From Penicillus capitatus (Eukaryota; Plantae; Chlorophyta), in the NCBI GenBank assembly GCA_965649825.1, contig OZ287699.1, forward strand, positions 186,001 through 250,000: 64,000 nt of DNA. Direction: 5' to 3'. The notes beneath the pieces were generated by a model. That model was not told the origin of the DNA, did not search any database, and saw only the letters and a list, made by a program, of their open reading frames with translations. The position numbers and the translations under genes are program-made. Below are positions 10,556 through 23,579 of the stretch, in pieces; the stretch's first letter is position 1, and each line of letters opens with the position of its first letter.

Positions 10556-13500
10556 ATGTTGGTCCTCGTCCATTTGTGGATTTGTTTCCTGACCTTTGCG
10601 CCGAACCCTACCAGGTCGAGCTCAGGTATCATCGAGTCCGTCATCCTGCTCTGCTATACGTGTGCCCCCAGAGGTCGACCGTCAAAGTATCCGACCGCCA
10701 CTTGACGGCGACGAACACGTCGAGACTGGGCTTCTGCATGGCGCGGAGGTCGACCGCTCAAACCGTCAGGCTCTGAAGGGCAGTCGACACACAGAGGAAG
10801 ACCGGTTTCCTTACCTATGCAGCCTCCGAATGTCAGGAAGCCGGAAACATGTGTGTACCGCCACGCTTGTTGATGGGAAATGGCTCGTCACGGCGGCGCA
10901 TTGCGTCGACCCGAATTATCCCGGCTCGACTGGCTGCTATCCACTCGTCTACTGTGGCACTTCTCGAATTAATGCCCCCACCGCTGACAAAGTGACAGAA
11001 CCCGTCTAGTGGAATGGACGGTGATTGGTTGACGCACGATGTTTGGTTTTAGACGTTTCATGTTGTCGAAACGTACATGCATGAGGACTGGATGGGCACC
11101 ATCTTCTACGGTTCCGACATCGCGATGCTGAAACTGGACAGAAATGCGAAACAGCCTGTTCCGCGTCTGTATCGAGAAGGAATGTATCTGGTGGAAGAAT
11201 TGGACGTGCCGTCGACGAACTGGGACGTCAAGAGGAGATTACGAGCGATGTCTAAGACGCCAACGACCAGCGCGACATCGTCGACCTCCTCTGTTACCGT
11301 GCGCAGCGACGACGTCTGTCAAATGCAACGCGAAATCATTTCGAGCAAGGGCTGGCTCTGCGCCAGCGAAAGCGCCAAGGAGACATGCGACGGTGCGCGC
11401 ACCGACTGCGCCCTTCGTGTATGACGCTTTTTTTCTGTGTTTTAGACGGAGCTGGTAACCCTCTGCTGGTGACCGATCGGCCACGTGGTCGCCTGATGGA
11501 CGGCTTTCCTGCAGAGGACTTGTTGGCAGCTGTGAAGTCTTTTGACGCGTCGGATCCGAAATGCCAGTCATGCTCTGTGTACACCAGTGTTGCGTACTTC
11601 AGAGAATGGATGGTGAGGACGATCAAGGGAAGATCCGAGCCAAGTCGATGTTCGCTGTCTCCGAAATACGAACCGCAGGAACGCATTCCAGCCGGTTGGC
11701 GACAAACCCGACCGCTGTGCAAATCTGAGGTAAACCGTAGACGCAGCGATCGATCTCTTGCGCCGAGCTTGCGGACGATCTGCGACAAAGCGTCTGTCTA
11801 TATTCTCCCGCTAATACATACGATGCTGCGCAGACGAGTGAAGACAGACCCGTTGAGCAAATAAAACCGAAAAAAAAGAAAAAGCACGACGTCGTACCTG
11901 CAGCAACAGAACCAAAGGGGGATATCAAGGAAGAAACGGATCTTATTGAAGAATCCGTTGGACTGTCCGAGACGGGTCCCGAAGAGGCACCCGCTCAGCC
12001 ATGGAAACCGAAAAGATATAGAGAGCAGGCCGCTAAGCCTGAGAAGAAGACACAACACGAACAAGAGGGGGTTGATGTAGTAACATCTGGAATGGAACAT
12101 ACAGAGAAATTCGACAAACAAACCGCAGCAGGTCCCGAAGTCACCGAGCGACCGGATGCGGGTCCCGAAGTCATACAAGAGGTCGACCTGTTAATTTCAG
12201 AGGTGACCGAAATGCCAATCGATTCCGTGACACCTGGGGAGATTGAGGAAACGGAGGTCAGCAGCGACGAACCGATGGACGACGGAGGGGACGACGACTT
12301 CCTAGATGTCGAAACGTCGGCCCCTGCGCCAGAGAGTTATCCCGCCGAAGTATGGGATTTGCTTTCCGTAAGGACAACCAGTCATTTCCCGCTCGACTTC
12401 ACATGCATTGCCTTCTTAGATGATGTTAGAAGCCATCAGAATCGACGACGACACAACGGCAGCAAAGGTGCTTCGACGTGGTCTAGATCCAAACTCAAAG
12501 AGCATGGACGAAGAGTCTTTTTTGGACAAGGAATCGACACTGCTCCACTGGACGGCAACCTTCGACGCTTCGCGATGTGCCAAGGTAGATACCGTCGTTG
12601 TCTATCCAGCCCATAGATGTCGCTGCCTTTGTCTGTGCTGAATGATCGTGTGCTTAGGTCATTTTGGACAAAGGCGGCGATGCCAATGCTGTGGATCTGT
12701 CCATCGGCACACCGCTGCATAAATCGGCGACTTATGGATACGCCGAGGTCACGAAGGTAAGATTCGCGTCGTCTCGATATCTGCGCCGTTGACATTGTGC
12801 AACAGATCCTTTTGAGCAAAGGAGCAAAGGTCGATGCTAGGGACAAGTCTAGCAGAACACCGCTTCGCTATGCAGCAACGTACGGAAACGTCGAAGTCAC
12901 AAAAGTAACTTCCAGATCTGGCCTCGGCGCCTCACGACTGGGCAATGGACAGATCCTCGTGGAACATAAAGCCGATGTTGAAGCCGTGGACGATTCCGGC
13001 TGGACACCGCTTTATTTTGCGGCCAACTACGGATACGCTGACGTTGCGCAGGTGACGCCCGACTGCTGCCGAGGCGCTCTCTACTCGTGTATGCCGAGTT
13101 AGGTGCTTTTGAATGCGGGAGCGATTGTGGATGTCACGGACAAGACTGGCTGGACACCAATTTATACTGCAGCGTCCAATGGACATGCCGAAGTGACACA
13201 GGTAACAGTCGAGCGATGTTCGATATCCTTGCCACGTGGAGATCAACGTAATAGGTTTTGCTGGACGGCGGTGCCGACGTCAACGCGACGAACGACGCCG
13301 GATGGACGCCACTGCATTCTGCGGCAGGTCAAGAGAACGTCGAAACTGTCAAGGTAACTTCTATACAGGCCGCATCTTTCAACAGTTCCTACATGCACTC
13401 TGATGTGACAGGTCCTCTTAGACGCCGGAGCTTATGTCCGAGCCACAGACACGACGGGATGGACAGCGTTACACTGCGCAGCACGATGGGGAAGACTAGA

Positions 13501-13691
13501 GACCGCAGAGGTAAGTCCACGCATTACGGCGACTAGATCTTAACAGTATGGCTCAGTTGCTGATTGCCGCTGGGGCGTCGAAGTCGAGCAGAGATGATAT
13601 AGATCGGACGCCCTTAGACTGCATCTGTGAACCCACTGCCTTCTGTTCCGAAGAAACACGCTCAGCCCTCACGGAGCTGCTGACGCCTTAG
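10556..13691 (+). CDS. P2: signal peptide + trypsin-like pseudoprotease (Ser->Ala) + acidic linker + ankyrin repeats
   Basis: MLVLVHLWICFLTFAP; WLVTAAHC; DIAMLKL; spliced ETCDDGAGNPLL; six 99-nt phase-0 ANK exons; Cys-containing C-cap ending LLTP*. Confidence 0.85.
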
Positions 13692-13999
13692 AGGGTGCAG
13701 CATCCATCTCAAGCAATGATGCATTCCAAGTACCTAATAAGCTTTTGTCAAGTGTATTGTCTCGACTAGCAGAGACCGAAATGAAAATCCAGTTTGGTTC
13801 AAAGGAAGTATAGACGAATTAAGAAGACAGGATATATTGTTTGCGAGATTGTGGCTGTTGCGTATACCGTTCAACTCGTGGCCGCTCGAGCGTGATGTCT
13901 GCTAGTCACACCACTACACCATCTGATCAAGGACGACGCGCAGTGCGTTGATCCAAACGTCGTGGTGCTCTGTTATAAGCCATTCTCTCGTCTGTTTGC

Positions 14000-15595
14000 G
14001 ACATGGCGTCTGTGGCCATGAAACGGAATCGATCAAAGCGTGTTGCGTTCGTCAGAGGGTGGAGATTTTTAAGATTCTTATCCCTTTGTGTTAAGATCGA
14101 CCTGCGTCTATTCGCTTTTCTTTTATACGAGCATGGGATTGCCTGAGCTTGGATGGTGTCTGTACAGTTTATGTTTCTCTTCGGAGACGTCTTACTGTTC
14201 AAAGCTGTTTCAAGAGCGGCGTCAGATGCCGTTGATTTGTTACCTTTTGAGGGTACGGCCGAGAAGAGTGGAGGGTGCATTGGGGAGAATAAATTGTTGT
14301 CGCTTTTCGAGATTCTGTACTAGATCGTCCGTCCTTTTCGCATTTAGTTTTGGTAACAGAAGGGCAATGTAGGATACAACTGTACGAGACCAATCACGCG
14401 AAGAGTGTTTTCATCCATTGTCTGTCAAGTCCAAGAATTCATCCAATGAAGAAACGGTCGTTGCGCAGAGGCAGGCAGACATGCATTGTTAGGTGACGGA
14501 CTGTGATGGAGAGCTAGCTGCGGCTTGTGCTTTTTCAGAATGGATGGTGCTGGTTGTTATGATCGGCAGAGGGAAAGGTGGGTGTGTGTCATCATGATGT
14601 GACGTCTGCCGTACGGATACAGCGTCCGACACTCGCGCATCTGATCGGTCCATAATGACCCATTGGTGATGGATAACTCTCGACACTGTTCGAAAGAGTC
14701 TGACGTTCGAATGCCCGCATGCTGCCAATGGTTGCTAGCAAGCGGGATCCGCAGACGTCTTTGACGATCATGGCTGCAAAACAGAAGAGGCAGTGCATCT
14801 GTGTCGCGCTGTCCTGGATACAAATCAGCCTAACGTACCTTCGATGCGCAAGACGGGTGGATGACTTTGAAGAGGGAGGGTGTCTTCGGACAGTCGACTC
14901 CACCGGTACAAGCCTGAGATAGGATGACCTACCTGTGTAAAGATCTTTCTTGACTCTGGAAAACGTCGCTTTGTGAAGAACGGTTTGCTATCTTTCCGAT
15001 ATCTCAGCTGCGTCCGTCCACCTGTCCCATCATTTGACGCGACGTTCTTCTGTGTCTGTCGTGTTCGTTCTCTACAGGTCGATGAAAGGATTTTATTGAA
15101 CGATGGTGGTGTCGTCTGAATGATATTAATTGAATATTCGCCCACCAGTTTTGACTGCTTTATGTTTTCGGGAGTTTCTTAAGATTCAAGGAATTCACCT
15201 CTCACGGAGTTATCCTTTGGATCGTCAACGGCTGTCACGGCTTTTCATTCGCGTTAGCTGTGGATCTACCTCGGCAGATGTTGATATACTTGGATAAAGG
15301 ATCAGCACAATGAGAGCTTTACGGTTGCGCTTATGGCTTTGTCAACATCATGACAAACAATCGATACCTTCGAGCTCTTTCTTTATCTTGCCTTTGATTG
15401 TTTATCTTTCGGGCTGCTCTCAGTTGTTTGTCAAGTTCTATAGTGGAGGATCTCGTGGTCTGGCGACAAATCTCCGTCTCTAATCCAATAAGCGGCCGAT
15501 ACCTGCTTAAGATAATGAGGAGTGTCGACATGCTTTCATTGTCTCATCTTTTGCTTATTAACGACGTTTGGGTGTCCTACCGACCTGATCACTGA
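14000..15595 (+). CDS. Family X copy 3, upstream of P3 (unknown function; exon structure unresolved)
   Basis: SGKRRFVKN (14955-14981) and LVVWRQISV (15452-15478) match DGRRRFVNN and VFVVRQINV of copy 4. Confidence 0.4.
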
Positions 15596-15896
15596 ATCAT
15601 GCCTCACCGACAACGACTGAATCTCCGCCTTCTGTTTCTTACTCCATCGATGAACCTATGCAGTGCGAGCCCTTCGGATTTGACGTTCATCTCCCTGATG
15701 TACCGCATCAGGACGCCGTACTGTAAACGAAAAAGAAAACGGTTTGTTGGAGTGTAGGTTTAGGAGATCGCAGCAACGCGTAGCTGAAGGCAATCAGAAT
15801 CAAGCGTTTGCAAAAGTACAAAATTGTGCGATTTGCTAATCAGAGAAGGCCATTCCATTTCGGAAGACGCGATTAGACGTCCTGTGCCGAAGACAG

Positions 15897-18547
15897 ATGC
15901 TTTGTTTGCAGACAGCGAAGACCGTCTTCGCAAAACTGTGGCTCTGTCTCCTGTTCTCCGCACCGGACATTACGTTCGGCATTTCGAGTGCGGTCGAGCG
16001 AAATGTCCCCCTCTATCCCGAGAGCGTGTTCTCCAGACGAGCGAAGCCAAAAAGCGTCTCTGTCGCTCTTCTTCAAAGAAAGCCTCTCTGTGGCTCTGCC
16101 TTATGGAGACTCACCTGACGCCATGAACCGTCCCTGCTGTCAGGGAGGCGATGGGAGTGGAGTGGCCCGCTTTCCTTACCACTGCAGCGTGCGCCGTCCT
16201 GGAAAACGACGCCACGTGTGCGCCGCCACCCTCGTTCACCGAAGATGGTTACTCACTGCAGCACACTGCGTCGATTCGAACGTTGAGGAATCGGCCGGAT
16301 GTTTTCCCATCGTCTACTGCGGCCGCTCTACCCTCAATACCCCCACTGTTGACGAAGTGAGCCATTCTCCTACTTCATCAAACGGATTGACGACGGATGC
16401 AATGTAGACGTTCCACGTGATCGCAACCTATATTCACGAGGACTGGCAGGGGGACGTCTCCTACGGCTCCGACCTTGCCTTGCTGAAAATGGATAGGGCA
16501 ACGGACTCGCCTGTTCCTCGACTCTTTCGCGAGGGTATGCCTCTCCGCAGAGATGTGAGCATCCCGTCCATCGTCTGGGGCTTCGGCTCTCCATCTCGTC
16601 CGAAGTGCAGGTCTCGAGAGAACTGCTCCGCCTCGCTGATCGGTCGCAATTCCTGTCAGAAGCACCCAGAGATTATCTCGCAGAGGAGCTGGTTTTGCGT
16701 CGGCTCAGGAAAGACCGACAAATGGACGGGTGCGTCCAGAAGCAGAACAGATCGGCGATAAGTGTGATTCCAACAGGCGAATCGGGCAGTCCCCTTCTGC
16801 TGGCCGATCATCCGAGGGGCCGCCTGAAGAAGGGGGATCCCTGGGAGGATCTGCTGGTTGGCGTGATGTCTGCCAGCTTTGTAGACCCGAAACGCCAATC
16901 GCCCTCTGTCTACACCAACGTCGCCTACTTTAGAAAGTGGATACTGGATACCATCGAAGGCAGATCTTCCCCGAGCCGCTGCGTGCGTCAGCCGAAAGCC
17001 GAACACAGAGAACAGCCTCATCTAGCTCGCCAACAACCCGAATCGTCGTCATCTCCGGCGCAGGTGGAGAATCCGATATCACGTACTGTCTGCCTGCCGT
17101 CTTCGGCCGAACGTGCTTCAATTCCCCAGTCGCCAGTCGTTGTCTCGATGATTTATCCTTACTCCGCCTTTCTCGTAGACCACGTGTGATGTGATACAGG
17201 TCGGCAAAGAGAAAAGGAAACCGCAGAAACCGATAGAAGAAGTAAAAAGCGAGCCAGTAGTCGTATCCCCCGCCCCAGAAGCAAAGAGCAAGTCTGAGGA
17301 TGAACAGCTGATCAGCGAGTTCAGAAGCCTCACCAAAGAACAGCAGATCCAAGTAGCCCGTTCTCACTCTTGAAGCCCTTTGATGTATGCGTCGAGTTCT
17401 CAGAGGATGGTCGACGCTATCAAGGCCGACGATAATAAAACGGCCAGAGCACTTCTTACAGCAGGATTGGATCCGAATACAGAGAGAGGCGACCGTGAAC
17501 TTCGGCTTTCCGAGGATTCCAGGCTTCTCCACTGGACCGCCCGTCTTAACGCTTCTAAATGCGCCGAGGTAATCTCGTCTCTACTGCTGTTTAGACATGA
17601 TCAGTGCATCCAAATCCTCCGCGAAGCGATAACGAGTGGATTTCTGTGCAGGCTTTGTTGGAGAGCGGCAGCGACGTTGACGCCTCCGACGCAAACAAAA
17701 TGACGGCGCTCCTTTTTGCATCTTATTTCGGGCACCTCAATGTTGTAAAGGTGACTTCCAACGAAGGTCTTTGCGTGTGTCTCATGGTTCTTGCAACAGG
17801 TTCTCTTGAAGCACAGTGCGAACATGGAGGCTTCCACCCCGAAAGGATACACCTCGCTTCTTATTGCTGCACATAGCGGGCATACGGATATTGTAAAGGT
17901 ATCTTGAAAGCCACTTCAGATATCAGCTGCAAGACGACATGCTGAACAGGTCTTGTTAGAAAACAATGCCGACGTCAACGCCACCAGCCAAGGTGAATAT
18001 ACCGCGCTTCATTTTGCAACGAATACGGGGCATCTCGATATCGTGAAGGTAGGTGACATCTCAAACAGCCTTTCGCTTTTTGATATCATCATTCACGCCA
18101 CAGATTCTCTTAGAGTACAGTGTGAGCGTGGATGCTGCGGACAACCGAGGACGCACAGCACTTCATGCAGCAGCGCAAGGAGGGAATGTCGACATCGTGG
18201 AGGTGACATCCTGAACACTCACTCAATGATGGCTGTAGCATCATGGATCGATGAACAGGCCCTGTTAAATGACGGTGCTTCTGTCGACGTCCGTGATGGC
18301 AACGGGATGACGTCACTGTTCTATGCGTCGATGTATGGAAAGCTGAAGGTGGCCAAGGTGAGCGTATATGCATTTCTTCTCTGTCTCCGACGGATTCTTT
18401 CAGGTTCTTCTGTCTTCGGGGGCATCAGAAACTCTCCAAGACAAGGATGGACATACTGCCGCCGATGTTGTGTGCGACAAGTGCCTCGAATTTTCCGGCG
18501 AAACATGTCGAGCTCTCGACGAACTCTTGTCTCCGCAAGTCGCCTGA
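15897..18547 (+). CDS. P3: signal peptide + trypsin-like protease (triad intact) + short linker + ankyrin repeats
   Basis: FAKLWLCLLFSAP; WLLTAAHC; DLALLKM; spliced DKWT-GESGSPLL; five 99-nt ANK exons; C-cap DVVCDKC...ELLSPQVA*. Confidence 0.85.
17271..17758 (+). repeat. 488-bp near-identical tract, copy 1 (partner at 31610-32097)
   Basis: Base-by-base comparison gives about a dozen substitutions and no indels, including two complete introns. Confidence 0.95.
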
Positions 18548-18848
18548 GACAGATCTCTCCAGCTCCAACGACGAACCCGTACCTCTTTATGTCGCCGTAT
18601 TGACTGACGTAGCTAGTCCTCTGCGAAGAAAGGAATCCATGTTATCGATCTTAACCGTTGATGTCGATGTCGCATCGACGACTCTCCTCCGAAGTGACGT
18701 TCTTTTAACCGCTCGATCACGCTGCGTACGACTTTCTGCTACAGAAGAGATTTCGAAGTGCTGCGTCATCTACGTCGTCGCGGTTTCGCATCTCGGTCAC
18801 CGCCGCCACGACCCTCCCTTTCTTCGTGTTTACAGCCGCTTTCCGTGA

Positions 18849-20337
18849 ATGGACGCAGCAACGACCGCAAGTGCGTTACCTCCTTCGCGCACCGCGTCGA
18901 GTCTCTCGCTGACGATTCAGGCGGCAGCGGGTCAAGCAATGGCGTGAACTATGCATACACTCTCCAGACAAAACGACTCTCCGGACGATACGAAGTGAGC
19001 AGACGCCACGACGACGATGCTTTCCTGACTTAGTGCCCTCGACAGTGTCACATTCACAGATATCTATTAGATTCAGAAACTACAGAATTCATGACGGACG
19101 CGTTCTCCGTCGCAGGATTTCGGTGGTGCGTTGCGCATTTCGTCTCGAGGCTCCCGCCGTCTTATCTCCACATCTTCTCTCAGGCAGCTTCTTGTGAATA
19201 TCAAGAATAGAAGGATCGTCATGTACCTCAAGTCATCCGACGCTGAACCTGTGGAGGTTCGCTTCAACGTTCAGTTGACAAATCAATTGGACTGGTCCAA
19301 AACCATGAGTGGAGGTCCTATCAAGCATCTACTCTAAGCTCGTGTTGCATTCGAGCGCGTGCCAGGAACGCGTCGAGTATTCGAGCCAGGGTCGCTGTGG
19401 GGGTTTGAGGGGAAAGAGAACTCGGCATCTGATGTGCGAGATCCGAATGCTGGTTACATGGAGAAGGGTTGCTTCACCGTCGGACTGAACATCAGTCTGG
19501 TCTCTTCACTGAACGAGAACCTCATCGTCAGCACCCAAGGGAATCCGTGCGTCATCACCGTAAGCCTGTCAAACGTCTGAAGTCGTGTCAGATGGGAGGG
19601 CGGTTGCAGTGGCAGCTGCGCGATTTGAAGGAGATGGTGGATTCGAAGATCTACTCTGATGAAATCCGCACGGCAAATGCCACATGGTGAACACCTGTCC
19701 TGTCTGTCGGCGATCCGTTAAGACAGACGCGTTCGGTGCAGGAAGCTAAAGCTCGTGCATTTCGAGACGAACAAGGGGGGAGGTTTTTATGGTATCTATC
19801 TCGTCTGCACAGGCTCCTGTGCGACGCAAGTCAAGCTCAGAGTGCGAGTGCTCAACCACCGCACCGAGAAGCGCAGCATCACCAAAGGTCCCCGTCTCTT
19901 GCTGTTGCACCGTGCTGACGGAGAGTGATGGCGTAGAGCTTGCGCGCAGATTCGAAAAGGGCACTTCGAATTGGGGCTGGCATCATTTCATGGAAACGAC
20001 AGTGCTGCGAGACGAAGGATTAGGATTCATTGAAGACGGATGGTCGACTCTAATCGCCTGCCTCTCGTTCAAAGAAATCAAGGACAAAACGCAGACCGCA
20101 ATGGCGGAACAACTCCAAGCACGGGCACCAGTGATGGAAAAGCACGCAATGCTGACAGGGGGAAACGAGACCGGGACGACGAAGATGGACGACGCCTCAG
20201 TGCACGGCGAACTGAAAATCGCTGGCATGTGTCGCAGAAAGTGCCTTTGCCCACTCTCCTGGTTGGCTCTTATTAAGATAGCACTTGCAGGAATCGGAAA
20301 GGAGCTGGTGCTAAGGATGGCGGCACGCCCCGCGTGA
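18849..20337 (+). CDS. MATH-C: MATH-MATH protein without a recognisable RING
   Basis: Same exon layout as MATH-A/B (MDAATTA|SG..NGVNYAY; FSVAGFRW; WGWHHF; GFIEDGW). The C-terminal tail is unrelated. Confidence 0.8.
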
Positions 20338-21120
20338 AGAAATGTGGACTCGCGTTCTGCGGAATTCAGTAGCTTCATCTTCATCATCCGACGTTACTAG
20401 AAGATTCATCGCATCACATTTATTTTTTCGCTCCTCTGAGGATTCTTAGCTGGATGGTTCGAGGATGACCATTTCATATTACTTTTTTCCGATGTCAAGC
20501 GAATGCTGTTTGCCTGAGAGGCTGTTATTGGTTTCTCTTGATCTCTGGCTTCTTGCCGTAGGCTACAGCTGAGAAACGCACGCACCCTCTGCACGACACT
20601 CTACTAAATGCACGTTTTATCTAAAGTTATCTGATGTGTGTACCTTGTTGGTGACGTGGCCTCGTCCATTGACAAACTTGACGCGAGGAATCGGATGTGG
20701 ATTGTAGAGAACGAGAACAGAATTCTTGTAACGCTTTGGCTCGGGAAATGCATGCATGGACGTCGCGATCACATGGCGGGCGTCACTCAGATAACCAGCC
20801 CCCATCGGGCGGCCGCTAGCAATCCGTCTAAGGACTCTTCGCCGGCCCTGCAACAACCGGCATATACATTCGGATACTGGCTGGTCACATGAAATAGGAC
20901 AGGGCTTGCAGCAGACTGCCATTGCTGTCGACCAGACAATGCAATACTTCGGGGGTCTTTCCAGTGGCCGCTGGTCGCTTTGGTCGTTCGTCTGCGATTC
21001 ACACGTCTAATCTATATACTAACTGTGGGCGTATGCAAACTTCGTGTCGACGACGGGACTGTGTGTCTGTCAACTGTCGCGTCAGACGCGTACATTAAGT
21101 GCGTCTTGACGCAATGTAAG

Positions 21121-21951
21121 TGTTGGTCCGCTGGGCGATCAAGCGAAGAAGTTTTTGGCGACGGTTTGAAGGCCGTCAGAAATGGTCGCTTGAACGTGAA
21201 GAAGCTCTCAGCGACGGTTAAGAGAGCGCTTGAGAGGTTCGCGAAGTGGCCGAAGTGGGGTGAAAGACGAGTCTGTAATAAGACGTGAAAGGCGTGAATT
21301 GGCAAGTATCCAGAGTTCGAGTCTGGATGACGTGCATTCTTGGCGTATTCGGAAAAATGTTACTGTCATCTGTGAGCACTTAGACACTCGCCAGAAATCT
21401 CAGAAACTGGCAGAATTCGATGATTGCTGAGGACGCAGCGACGTCGAGTTTAGCGCTGCAAATGACCTGCGAGGTGCAGGTGACGTCGAGTTCTGAGCCG
21501 AAAGTCCGAGGCGACGGACGATGCTGTAACCCTGAGTAACCAGCCTGGATTACAGAAAAAGCGAGGAAAGCGTGGCAGTCAGTTGACGTGATGAAATGGA
21601 CAGTCAACGCGCTGAAAAGAAGACGCAGCCTGTGGTAAAAGCCTGAAGATGCAGCGTCGCAATGAGGTGAGGACATGAAATCAGGGTGTCGCCAAGACGC
21701 GACGCAAGACGTGAATTCAGTGTGTAACTAAGAAAAACGCAAATGAAACGGAGAACATGGGCATGTAAGACAAAAACTTTAGGGGCAAGTTTCGGTTTAA
21801 AAGCTTTCGGTGTTGCGTGCAAATTCTGTCGATCGAGTCGCTTTGCGTTGCTGACGACTCAAGCGTAATTCCGCTGCCGTGCTGACGATTTTGGCCTGTT
21901 TTTCAGTGCCAATTCTGCCCCATCGTCGCATAGTACTGCAGAAAACCAACA
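21121..21951 (+). mobile_element. 5' LTR (about 831 bp) of a truncated Ty3/gypsy-like retrotransposon
   Basis: Terminal inverted ends TGTTGG...CCAACA, immediately followed by a PBS-like 12-mer and the element ORF. The left boundary rests only on the TGTTGG match. No second LTR in the window. Confidence 0.6.
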
Positions 21952-21963
21952 TGGTTTCGGAGC
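21952..21963 (+). promoter_or_regulatory. Primer-binding-site-like sequence TGGTTTCGGAGC
   Basis: Two mismatches from the canonical tRNA-iMet PBS TGGTATCAGAGC; directly abuts the LTR-terminal CA. Confidence 0.6.
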
Positions 21964-21971
21964 GAGCCAAG

Positions 21972-23460
21972 ATGGCTCATGTGTGCCTTTGTTTCTGGCT
22001 ATGTTTTGCACTTGTCTCATGCGTGAGAACGAGAAGTGGTACCTCGACAGAACCCAATCTGTCGCAGGAAAATCGCGAGTTGAGAGAGCAACTCGAACTG
22101 TTAAAAGAGGAGATTCAGCAGCTCGGACAGCCTAAGACTAGTTCTGAGGCTACTGGATCGAAGTGGTTTCGTTGGGCATGGTCATTGGTAACAAGGACTA
22201 AAGTTCCACCGCTCGAATTTCCGGAGGACGATCAGGACGAGGTGGTTCCAGAGGAAGACGAAGCGAATGATGAAGCGGAAGCGTCATGTGATGGCGTATT
22301 TTCCTGCTCTGCATCACTCGGTAGTCAGATTTGGAGGACTTGTCGTTTCTTTTTCCCCCAAATCTGGATACTGATGACGCGTCAGACATTCTGGGTGTCC
22401 CAGATGAATCAGTCGTGCGTCGAACTGGTGTTCGTGTGGAAATAGGATGCGGCGCAAGTGGTTGGTTTAATGTTAGCCATTGCGTTTATCGCGTGTCTTG
22501 TCAATGCTGTTGCGTCCTTGGCGCTCGTGGTGTGGGAGGGGCGTCTTGGGTCGGTATTCCAGCGTTTTTCAAAGAAGTTGTCGCTTTTGGTCCTCATACT
22601 CAAGTTCAAATCACCAGGTTGAGAATGAGGTGAAGAAAAGTGTGCAAGAAGAGTTGGCCAAGGGTGGTCAAGCTCACGCTGTTGCAGCTGTCAATCAAGA
22701 CGCTAATCAGCGAGCTGTACCGCAGAATTCAACTATACTTTGTTTCAAATGTGGCAAGCCAGGCCATATTTCGAGAAATTGTCCTACCTGGAGAAACAAG
22801 TTTCAAGCTCAAGTTGAGGCGTCACGTGCGCAAGAGCAATTTGTGAGGCCTGCGCCAAGGCAACGAAGAGACGAACGTGTTCAAGTGCCGTCGGATATAG
22901 CTATTTCGCCTGAAGTCGTTAGAGCGAGCCAGCTTAAGCTGCCGACTCAGACTCAGGTGGAAGCAATGAATAACGTCGAACAAGCAGAAGCAGGAACTCA
23001 AATGAAGGCTCCCGCGTTTTTGGGACCAAAGGGTGTGAAATGTGTTTTGATAATTGATACTGGAAGTTCGGTGAATGTGATGCCTGAAGTGCGCGTCAAG
23101 AAGATGGGCCTGAGTGTTAATGCGGATTTGGCGCCAGGACAAACTCATCTTAAAGCGGTTAACGGAGGGATCGCGAGGGTCTTGGGTATCCTGAATTTGA
23201 GGGTAAAGCTGGGAGCGTGGGAGGCCGAAGTACCTTTCTATGTAGCAAGAGGTGTGTCCCACGTCATTCTGGGAGTGCTGGGATTGAGTGCAATGGCCGT
23301 CACGATAGATCCGGCAAATGACAGGCTTGTCAAGGGGACGGATGCATTGCTGTGTGATGGGTATCAGGATCATCCACCAGCATACCACCTAGTTGATGTT
23401 GCCGGATACGACCTGCGAGATGCACAGCCCTCAAGTTCGCACCCAAATGCGTCCCAGTGA
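21972..23460 (+). mobile_element. Gypsy-like gag/protease region (frameshifted; RT, RNase H and integrase absent)
   Basis: Zinc knuckle CFKCGKPGHISRNC; retropepsin LIIDTGSSVNVM...LKAVNG...VILG. No introns. Confidence 0.9.
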
Positions 23461-23579
23461 TCACCTAGTTAAAGCACATTCCTAGTTTTTCTTTAAAGTT
23501 TAAGTCTGGAAGGACATCGCTTTGTTGTGGATCGCCACTCGTCATTAGCCAAAATGACGTGGTGACGCGGAAGTTACCT

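Noticed and set aside
12658-13510. Regularly spaced repeat/spacer pattern as a CRISPR-like array
   Set aside because: These are coding ankyrin exons separated by GT-AG introns in a eukaryotic gene; there are no identical direct repeats.
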